Of a stretch of 64,000 nt of DNA, positions 56,931 to 64,000 are shown piece after piece (the first letter of the stretch is position 1; every line of letters begins with the position of its first letter). Origin of the DNA: a bacterium (lineage in GTDB: Bacteria; Patescibacteriota; Minisyncoccia; UBA6257; JAGOQP01); contig JAKAHY010000006.1 of NCBI GenBank assembly GCA_021814695.1, forward strand, positions 49-64,048, read 5' to 3'. The position numbers and the translations under genes were made by a program. The notes under the pieces are model-generated. The model saw nothing but the letters and a program-made list of their open reading frames with translations. It had not been told where the DNA came from and searched no databases.

Positions 56931-57809
56931 ATGATTTCACTCAGGAATCTTATTGCTGATGCCCGCGGTCGAAACGTTGCCATAGGCCATTTCAATATTT
57001 CTGACTTGGCGATGCTTCATGCCATTTTTAACGCGGCTTTTGAGATCAAGGTGCCGGTAATTATCGGAGTTTCCGAAGGGGAGCGGGAATTTATCGGAGT
57101 AAAGCAGGCGGCTGATCTGGTCCATAGTTTCAGAGACGAATACAACTACCCGATTTTTATCAATGCCGATCACACACATTCGTTTGAAAAAATAAAAGAA
57201 GCCGTTGACGCCGGATTTGATGAGGTATTGTTTGATGGTGGCCAAAGACCCATAGAAGAAAACATTGCCATTACCAAGCAGGTTGTTGATTACGTGCGCT
57301 CACACAATGAATCCTACGCTACCGATATTATGGTTGAGGGGGAGCTGGGTTATATAGGTTCTGGTTCGGTTATTTTAGACAGAATCCCCGAAGGTGTTTC
57401 CATAAAAAAAGAAGATCTGACAAAACCGGAAGATGCTCAAAAGTTTGTTAAAGAAACGGGAGTCGATTTGCTGGCGCCGGCCGTAGGTAATATTCACGGG
57501 ATGTTTGCCGATGTTCCAGACCCCAATCTGGACATCCAGAGAATTGTTGAAGTTTATAATGCCGCGAATATCCCCCTCGTTCTTCATGGTGCGTCGGGAA
57601 ATTCGGATGACGATATTCGCCAGGCGATTGGTGCCGGAGCAAGAATAGTTCATGTCAGCACGGAGCTCAGAGCGGCCTGGAAGCGGGGGCTGGATTTGGC
57701 CCTTTTGTCCCACCCGAAAGAAATTGCTCCTTACAAGCTTTTTCCAGAAGTCGTTCATGAAGTTCAAAAAGTGGCGTCGGAAAAACTGAAAATATTCAAT
57801 AATCTCTAG
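56931..57809 (+). CDS. fba: Class II fructose-bisphosphate aldolase
   Basis: HFNISDL, INADHTHSFE, GELGYIGSGS, LVLHGASG. Confidence 0.85.
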   Translation: MISLRNLIADARGRNVAIGHFNISDLAMLHAIFNAAFEIKVPVIIGVSEGEREFIGVKQAADLVHSFRDEYNYPIFINADHTHSFEKIKEAVDAGFDEVLFDGGQRPIEENIAITKQVVDYVRSHNESYATDIMVEGELGYIGSGSVILDRIPEGVSIKKEDLTKPEDAQKFVKETGVDLLAPAVGNIHGMFADVPDPNLDIQRIVEVYNAANIPLVLHGASGNSDDDIRQAIGAGARIVHVSTELRAAWKRGLDLALLSHPKEIAPYKLFPEVVHEVQKVASEKLKIFNNL

Positions 57810-57903
57810 CGTATACTGTATGCCGTATATCGTATACCGGAGGTAAAAATAGAGTAGATAATTTTATTGATTTAGATAATCATAAGAAGCATTAGAATTT
57901 TAG

Positions 57904-59166
57904 ATGACTATAGATATTCTGACTAAAATAAAATACGGTCTACGGCGTACGGTTTATAGTATACGACGTGCGGTCTACGGTATACGATATACGGTATACG
58001 AATCAAACTCTTTCACTCTCGTGGAGCTTTTGGTAGTGGTTGGAATTATAGCGATATTATCGGCAGCGGTAATTGTGCTTCTTAATCCCACCGAATTACT
58101 AAAACGAGGAAGGGACTCTCAAAGAATTTCGGATTTAAAAAGCATCCAGACCGTAATTGAGCGCTATCAATACAGCGGAAACCGCATCGGATCGATGGGA
58201 TTGGCCAATACCATGTACGTTTCGCTAGTAGATGTGGGATCGTCATCCTGTGCCGATTTAGGACTTCCTAAGCTTTCGAATGGGTGGTCATATAGCTGTG
58301 TTACATCGACAAGTACTCTGCAGGATGTGGACGGAACCGGCTGGGTCCCGGTAAATATCTCTAGTACAGGACTGCTTTCTGATCTTCCTATAGATCCAGT
58401 TAATAGCACTTCAACTTCAAATTATTATTTTTATGCCTACAATCCTTCCGGTGGTTTCGTGCTGGGCGCTGCTAGTTTTGAAAGCAGTAAGTACGGCATT
58501 GCGGGTAGCAATGACGCTGTCTCTACCGACGGGGGGGCTAGCGATTATGCATACGAAGTCGGAACGAATACTACGTTTTATCAGACGCCCAATATTGCCG
58601 TAAACGGAAATTTCAATTCCTTAACTTCTCCCTATACGCCCGGATGGGATACGTCGCTGAACGGAACATACAGGCCGACAACAGGATTCAGTTCCGGTTA
58701 CAATGCCGGTGTTACCGCGCCGACTGTAGGATACCATGCCCATGCAACTCCGTCGTGCGGATTGAATAATTCCGGGTGTATGGAATACATCGACCAGAAT
58801 TGCCAGTTCGGATATTGCCACCGGTGGCTGGGAGATTCCCAAAGTTGGAGCAACCCCGCATCACTTTTTGGCTGGGGTCCCGGAACGGTAATCACCGTCA
58901 AAATGATGATCAAAGTGGATAACACAGGAAAGATTCCTCAGTTTGGAATCTATCATTATTCGGTCAGCGGGGGGGCGTACGCTTTTGGGACTGCTATTAC
59001 TCTTGTTACTTTATCCGCGGCAAATAAATGGCAGCTGATTACGCAACAATATACAATTGACAGTGATTGGGAGCTTAGTTCTCATACGGCATCTCTTTAT
59101 ATTTACGGGCACAATGGTACCGAAAACAAAATGTGGATAGATAGTGTTGAGGTCACTTATAAATAA
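57904..59166 (+). CDS. Type IV pilin-like (class III signal) secreted protein, paralogue of the DGR target but lacking the lectin domain
   Basis: SFTLVELLVVVGIIAILSAAVIVLLNP; N-terminal leader contains tandem nucleotide repeats (57925-57990). Confidence 0.6.
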   Translation: MTIDILTKIKYGLRRTVYSIRRAVYGIRYTVYESNSFTLVELLVVVGIIAILSAAVIVLLNPTELLKRGRDSQRISDLKSIQTVIERYQYSGNRIGSMGLANTMYVSLVDVGSSSCADLGLPKLSNGWSYSCVTSTSTLQDVDGTGWVPVNISSTGLLSDLPIDPVNSTSTSNYYFYAYNPSGGFVLGAASFESSKYGIAGSNDAVSTDGGASDYAYEVGTNTTFYQTPNIAVNGNFNSLTSPYTPGWDTSLNGTYRPTTGFSSGYNAGVTAPTVGYHAHATPSCGLNNSGCMEYIDQNCQFGYCHRWLGDSQSWSNPASLFGWGPGTVITVKMMIKVDNTGKIPQFGIYHYSVSGGAYAFGTAITLVTLSAANKWQLITQQYTIDSDWELSSHTASLYIYGHNGTENKMWIDSVEVTYK

Positions 59167-59222
59167 TTCCAGAATACTTGATTTAAACCACTTTTTGGTA
59201 TATCTTATACACACTATAAATT

Positions 59223-59873
59223 ATGCTTAAACTTGAAGTTAAAAAACGCGAAACTTTCGGAAAAAAGGTGAGGGCTCTGTTCGGACAGGGTTATATTCCG
59301 GCTGAAATCTACGGCCACGGATTTGAAAATATCCATGTCAGTTTGCCGGTAAAGGAGTTTGGTAAGGTGTTTAAAGAAGCGGGCGAAAGCTCTCTTATTA
59401 CCATAACCATAGACGGGAAAATGTTTCCGGTCCTTGTCCACGAAGTGAAGAAGGATGTTCTTGGAGACAAAATAATCCACGTTGATTTGTATCGGGTAAG
59501 GATGGACGAGAAAATAAAAACTCAGGTGCCTTTGCATTTTGTCGGCGAGTCGCAGGCGGTTAAAGAGAAAGGCGGAGTGCTTGTTAAATCGGTTGAAGAG
59601 GTGGAGGTTGAAGCTCTCCCAGCGGATCTTCCGCACGAACTTGAAGTGGACCTTTCCAAAATCGTCGAACTTCATCAGAGCTTACACGGAAGCGACATTG
59701 TTGTTCCCAAGGGAGTCAAAATATTTATCGAGCCCGAGATGGGAATTGCTACCGTTATTGAACCGCAGAAAGAAGAGGTGGTTGAAGCGCCTGTAGCTGA
59801 GGTTCCTGCCGAAGGAGCCGAAGGCGCAGCAGCTGCAACTTCTGCCGAGGAAGGGGAGGCGAAAAAAGAATAA
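59223..59873 (+). CDS. rplY: 50S ribosomal protein L25/general stress protein Ctc with acidic tail
   Basis: MLKLEVKKRETFGKKVRALFGQGYIPAEIYG. Confidence 0.85.
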   Translation: MLKLEVKKRETFGKKVRALFGQGYIPAEIYGHGFENIHVSLPVKEFGKVFKEAGESSLITITIDGKMFPVLVHEVKKDVLGDKIIHVDLYRVRMDEKIKTQVPLHFVGESQAVKEKGGVLVKSVEEVEVEALPADLPHELEVDLSKIVELHQSLHGSDIVVPKGVKIFIEPEMGIATVIEPQKEEVVEAPVAEVPAEGAEGAAAATSAEEGEAKKE

Positions 59874-59991
59874 CAGTCGGAAAAAAACAACCATTATAGT
59901 CCCTCTGCTCTTTATCGGGCGGGGGGATTTTTGCTATAATATAATCACATATAGACCATGTATTCGGTGCGGTTTTCCGTACGATTTTTTC

Positions 59992-61446
59992 ATGAAAAGG
60001 ACTTTAGTATCGGACATAACTCAAAAAACCCTTTTAAGACGCTCTGGCAAAAGTGACCAGAGGGTCAATTTGCACAACCAAAAAGTAATAACCGTCCCCG
60101 TCAAAAAGGTTCTGGTTTCGTTGATATTGTCGTTGGCTATCTTTTCTTTCCTTCTTGGCGCAGCCAATGCCCCAATAAGTACCGGTTATCTTTTGGCGGC
60201 TTCGAATGTCGATACTCAAAGAGCGGCTTATGAGGCGCAATTGCAGGATTTGGAAAATCAGATTGCTCAGGATGAGCAGACAATTGCCCAATACAGTAAA
60301 CAAGGCAAGTCGCTTCAGTCGGAAATAAATAAGCTGAATGCCAAAATTGTCCAACTTAATCTTCAGATTAAAGCTATTACCTTGACCCTTAACAGTTTAA
60401 GCCAGGAGATTGATGATACCAAAACAAAAATCTCTCAGACAGAAGGCGATATTACCAAACAAAAGGATTATCTTTCCGCTACTCTTCAGAGCGTTTATGC
60501 CAGCGATAACACAAGTCCGATGGAAATGATGCTGGCCAACCCCAAACTTTCGGATTTTTTTCTTGATGTAAATAACCTGTTGGCCCTGCAAGATGAAGTT
60601 AGAACTACTCTGGAAAACATAGTCCAATTGAAAAGCCAGTTGATTGACCAGAAAGAAACTCTGGCCTCACAGTACGGCGATGCCCAGCAGTTGAAAGCGT
60701 ATCAATTAGCCCAGCAGCAGTCCGCAAAACAAACAGAGACCGATAAAAAAAGCCTGCTTCAGGTTACCAAGGGGCAGCAGTCAAAGTATGAACAATTGGT
60801 TGCCAGCAAACAAAAAACTGCAGCTCAAATCAGAAGCCAATTATTTGAACTTCTGGGTGGAGGAGAGCTTCAATTTGGTGAGGCCTATCGTTTGGCAAAA
60901 ATCGCCCAAGATGCAACGGGAGTTAGAGCTGCTTTAATTCTTGCTGTACTGGATAGGGAGTCGGCTCTCGGGAGAAACGTCGGTAAATGTAAATATAACA
61001 TCAACCCTTACTATCCGACAAAAGCCAGCAATCCGACCACGATGAATCCTAAGCGTGACATTCCTGTTTTTCTCCAGATTGTCCAGTCGCTGAATATCAA
61101 TCCCGACACGGTTACTGTCTCCTGCCCTATTCCACAGGACGGAGCTTACGGCGGAGGCATGGGCCCGGCGCAATTCATTCCTTCGACGTGGAATCTATAT
61201 GCCGATAAAATCGCTTCTTTGAGCGGACACAATCCGCCATCGCCCTGGAATAATCTGGATGCGTTTGTAGCAACCGCTCTTTATCTGAAAGATGCGGGCG
61301 CGACCGGTTCTCTTTACAATGAAAAAGTTGCGGCCGCCAAATACTATGCCGGAGGAAACTGGAAATATTATATAAATACTTACGGAGCGGCGGTTATCGC
61401 CAAAGCCAGCGATTTTCAGGATGATATAAATGTGCTAATCGGGTAA
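59992..61446 (+). CDS. Secreted coiled-coil protein with C-terminal MltB/Slt-like lytic transglycosylase domain
   Basis: N-terminal TM, long Q/L heptads, GPAQFIPSTW motif. Confidence 0.65.
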   Translation: MKRTLVSDITQKTLLRRSGKSDQRVNLHNQKVITVPVKKVLVSLILSLAIFSFLLGAANAPISTGYLLAASNVDTQRAAYEAQLQDLENQIAQDEQTIAQYSKQGKSLQSEINKLNAKIVQLNLQIKAITLTLNSLSQEIDDTKTKISQTEGDITKQKDYLSATLQSVYASDNTSPMEMMLANPKLSDFFLDVNNLLALQDEVRTTLENIVQLKSQLIDQKETLASQYGDAQQLKAYQLAQQQSAKQTETDKKSLLQVTKGQQSKYEQLVASKQKTAAQIRSQLFELLGGGELQFGEAYRLAKIAQDATGVRAALILAVLDRESALGRNVGKCKYNINPYYPTKASNPTTMNPKRDIPVFLQIVQSLNINPDTVTVSCPIPQDGAYGGGMGPAQFIPSTWNLYADKIASLSGHNPPSPWNNLDAFVATALYLKDAGATGSLYNEKVAAAKYYAGGNWKYYINTYGAAVIAKASDFQDDINVLIG

Positions 61447-61455
61447 AATAAAAAT

Positions 61456-62979
61456 ATGTTTGCTGGAAATAATCCGTTTACTCTCATAAAATTATTAGTT
61501 GCCACACCAATCGGAAAGATGCGGCGCATCTTCAAATGGGGCAAGTCGGCATCTTCCTTTACTCTCGTCGAACTCTTAGTTGTAATCGGTATCCTGGCCA
61601 TCCTTACCGCCGCAGTAGTAGTCGTTCTCAATCCCGCCCAGCTTATCGCCCAATCCCGTGATACCACCAGGTTTTCTGACATAGAAACTCTCAACAAAGC
61701 CCTCTCTTTATATCAAACCGATGGAGGCTCTTCTTTTGGCACATCCACTACCGTCTATGTCTCTATTCCCGACACTTCTACCTCCTGTGCCAACTTAGGT
61801 CTAGCTACTCTTCCTTCCGGATGGACTTATGCCTGTGTCACATCTGCCAATCTTCAAAAAACAGACGGTACCGGTTGGATTCCGGTCAATTTCAGTTCCG
61901 TTTCCACCGGCTCTCCCTTGAGTTCTTTACCCACCGATCCCATCAATGCCACCTCCACCAACAATTTCTATACCTACATTACTTCCGGTTCCAACTGGAC
62001 TGTTTCAGCTCAAACCCTTGAATCCACCAAATATGCTTATCGTGCCCAAACCGATGGAGGCACTTCTGCCACCGCTTATGAAGTCGGAAGCAGCTTAACC
62101 CTCTCTCCTTACATCTATCCTTCCAACTGGGTCAAGGTTCCCGGTAACTCTACCTTTGGCACCTCTGACTTCTGGGTTATGAAATATGATGCCAAATGTA
62201 TCCAGGCCTCAAACAGCACTCCTCTGACTGCTCCAGATACCGGATACCATACTTATTCCAATTCTTCTCAACCCTGTGTCGGACCCAATTACTACATCGC
62301 TTCTGCTCCAGGAGGATATCCGATAGCTAATATCTCTCATACCGATGCTCTGACTTATTGTGCTTCCATCGGAGCTCATCTTTTGACCAATGATGAATAT
62401 ATGACTATCGCCACCAACGCCATAAATCAAAACTCCAACTGGTCATCTGGAACTGTTGGAACCGGATATATCTATTCGGGGCATAACGACAATACTCCAC
62501 CCAATGCTCTAACTGCCGACTCCAACGATTCCAACGGTTATTCAGGAGAGACCAATACCGGAGGCAACCAAAGAAGAACTCTTACTCTCTCCAACGGCTC
62601 TGTTGTCTGGGATATGGCTGGAAATGTCTGGGAGCATGTTCAGCGAAGCGTAAATAACATTGGTGATCTTTCCACTACAATGACCGTTCCCGCCTGTACC
62701 GGAGGGACGGCAACCTGGCAATGGTGCGAGTTTCCCAATGTCTCCGCCTGGACATCCGATGTTGTTCAATCCAAAGTCGCCCCTCCTAATTCTTCCTGGA
62801 ACTCATCTCAAGGAGTTGGACAAGTGTTGACTTATGGTACCGGAGGAAATCAAGGGACAACCGCTTTCATTCGCGGCGCGGGTTGGGGCAACGGCTCTAG
62901 TGCCGGGGCGTTCGCGCTCCACTTGAGGTGGGTCACGGGCAGCGCAGACTCCTCTGTCGGGTTTCGTTGCTCTCGGTAG
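61456..62979 (+). CDS. DGR target: pilin-like N-terminus plus C-terminal C-type-lectin/FGE-fold variable domain (likely true start MRRIFKWGKSASS-FTLVELL at 61522)
   Basis: Prepilin-like SSFTLVELLVVIGILAIL; C-terminus FIRGAGWGNGSSAGAFALHLRWVTGSADSSVGFRCSR with GFRC ending typical of CLec variable regions. Confidence 0.7.
   Translation: MFAGNNPFTLIKLLVATPIGKMRRIFKWGKSASSFTLVELLVVIGILAILTAAVVVVLNPAQLIAQSRDTTRFSDIETLNKALSLYQTDGGSSFGTSTTVYVSIPDTSTSCANLGLATLPSGWTYACVTSANLQKTDGTGWIPVNFSSVSTGSPLSSLPTDPINATSTNNFYTYITSGSNWTVSAQTLESTKYAYRAQTDGGTSATAYEVGSSLTLSPYIYPSNWVKVPGNSTFGTSDFWVMKYDAKCIQASNSTPLTAPDTGYHTYSNSSQPCVGPNYYIASAPGGYPIANISHTDALTYCASIGAHLLTNDEYMTIATNAINQNSNWSSGTVGTGYIYSGHNDNTPPNALTADSNDSNGYSGETNTGGNQRRTLTLSNGSVVWDMAGNVWEHVQRSVNNIGDLSTTMTVPACTGGTATWQWCEFPNVSAWTSDVVQSKVAPPNSSWNSSQGVGQVLTYGTGGNQGTTAFIRGAGWGNGSSAGAFALHLRWVTGSADSSVGFRCSR
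62840..62976 (+). repeat. Putative DGR variable region (VR)
   Basis: GC-rich, adenine-depleted (~9% A over the last ~96 nt vs ~30% genome-wide) 3' end of the target gene. Confidence 0.5.
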
Positions 62980-63042
62980 TATTACCGTAGTTCACTGACC
63001 CACTAAAACCACAACATAGAACGGGCATAATTTAATATAACT

Positions 63043-63387
63043 ATGGACTATCAAAAACTTGTCACTTTCCAAAAATCATACGATTTTACAATCTGGCTGG
63101 TCCCGCTTCTTAACAAATTTCCCAAAAACCAGAGATTTACTCTTGCCCAGCAGATTGAAAACGCTTTAATAAATCTTCTTAAATTTCTGCAAAACGGGGT
63201 TTTATTGCAAGGACAAAAAAGATTAACCAACTGGCAGGAGGCCAGTCGTGAACTTGATGAAATTAGGTTACTTGTGAGAATTGCCAAGGATTTGCGTTTA
63301 TTGAGCATCAAGCAATATGGTCTGTGCGCCGAAAAAATAAATGAAATAGGCAAATATCTAAACGGTCTTGTAAAAAGCGCGTCATAA
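63043..63387 (+). CDS. avd: DGR accessory variability determinant (Avd, four-helix-bundle protein)
   Basis: ~114 aa helical protein between target and RT; YDFTIW...FPKNQRF...L..QI N-terminal pattern typical of Avd. Confidence 0.65.
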   Translation: MDYQKLVTFQKSYDFTIWLVPLLNKFPKNQRFTLAQQIENALINLLKFLQNGVLLQGQKRLTNWQEASRELDEIRLLVRIAKDLRLLSIKQYGLCAEKINEIGKYLNGLVKSAS

Positions 63388-64000
63388 AAAATTTGTTTTA
63401 TTTGGGCGTTTTAGCAACAGCGAGTTTAGTTTTTGATTGAGCCGAAATGAATCGGCATGTTTGGCATAGCCATGCCAGGCGGAGGAATATGGAGTGGAGG
63501 CGGTTAATTTCATCCGCCGGAATGCTCGGGAAACGGTGCTTTTGCGCAGGCGAGTGTGGTGTCTAAAAAGAGTCAGGCCGAGAAAATCAATCCTGTCTAT
63601 CGGCTGGACCCCGCTTCTTTTTTGATGAAGAGTAAGCTTTAGTTCTTGCTCTAAAAATATTTTTATATCCGATTGCCACGCGAGCAATGTCTTGGGTTTT
63701 GCATGAAATAAAATAAAATCGTCCATATATCGGATATAATATTTAGCGCGCAGTTTTTCCTTGATAAAATGGTCCAGTTTATTGAGATAGATATTGGCAA
63801 AAAGTTGGCTGGTCAGATTACCTATTGGCAGACCTTTTTCCCCGCGCTTGCTTTCTATAATTTTTTTGATGACAGCCAATAACAGTTCGTCTTTTATCTT
63901 ATCTTGAATCAAACTTATTAAAATTTTGTGATCAACGGAGTCAAAATATTTTTTGATATCAAATTGCAGAAAATACGCCCGACTTTTGAAATTAAGAGAA
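63382..64000 (-). CDS. DGR-type reverse transcriptase, C-terminal part (gene continues beyond the window)
   Basis: GLPIGNLTSQLFANIYL (motif B), YIRYMDDFILF (motif C), IDFLGLTLF (motif E/7). Confidence 0.8.
   Translation of the reverse strand, partial: SLNFKSRAYFLQFDIKKYFDSVDHKILISLIQDKIKDELLLAVIKKIIESKRGEKGLPIGNLTSQLFANIYLNKLDHFIKEKLRAKYYIRYMDDFILFHAKPKTLLAWQSDIKIFLEQELKLTLHQKRSGVQPIDRIDFLGLTLFRHHTRLRKSTVSRAFRRMKLTASTPYSSAWHGYAKHADSFRLNQKLNSLLLKRPNKTNFL

Noticed and set aside
63388-63700. Search for the DGR template repeat between avd and the RT 3' end
   Set aside because: Neither strand of this region resembles the VR (62840-62976). The RT C-terminal coding sequence fully occupies it, so the TR is presumably beyond 64000.
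1-64000. CRISPR arrays and rRNA genes
   Set aside because: No regularly spaced direct repeats with unique spacers were seen. No 16S/23S/5S-like conserved segments were seen.

Overview
This is a low-GC (~40%) bacterial chromosome segment with compact gene spacing, and it resembles a Candidate Phyla Radiation (Patescibacteria)-type genome. The core genes are infB, rbfA, thyX, tsaD, a SEDS FtsW/RodA protein, mltG, mpg, rpoB-rpoC, rpsF-ssb-rpsR, murD, parAB, rel, topA, dprA, rluA, rplS, gap, rpiB, an rpe-like gene, split tkt, fba, rplY and 8 tRNAs. Accessory material lies between these genes. (1) A 0.7-5.7 kb island contains an Hjc-like PD-(D/E)xK nuclease, then an HTH gene, a small retron/Abi-like reverse transcriptase and an Mrr-like nuclease. 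This trio is a candidate RT-based defence system, possibly with its ncRNA in the 570-bp gap upstream. The island also holds a small membrane protein and a TPR-Arr ADP-ribosyltransferase fusion. (2) Two tRNA 3' ends are duplicated, which looks like integration scars: tRNA-Leu(TAA) with a 0.9 kb GC-rich insert, and tRNA-Glu. (3) A DNA repeat family (AAAGGTGCGGGATTTTT and its inverse) brackets two divergent small GIY-YIG nuclease genes and also occurs as 'empty' repeat pairs. These repeats surround a 65% GC foreign gene, a structured 5'UTR gene and a monomeric mitochondrial-type PheRS. (4) A NOX/ferric-reductase-like flavocytochrome is followed by a secreted cytochrome b5. (5) The right edge holds a diversity-generating retroelement. 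Its target is a pilin-like protein with a C-terminal C-type-lectin variable region that is depleted in A. It also has Avd and a reverse transcriptase on the opposite strand that runs off the window. The template repeat was not found inside the window. No CRISPR array or rRNA was seen.
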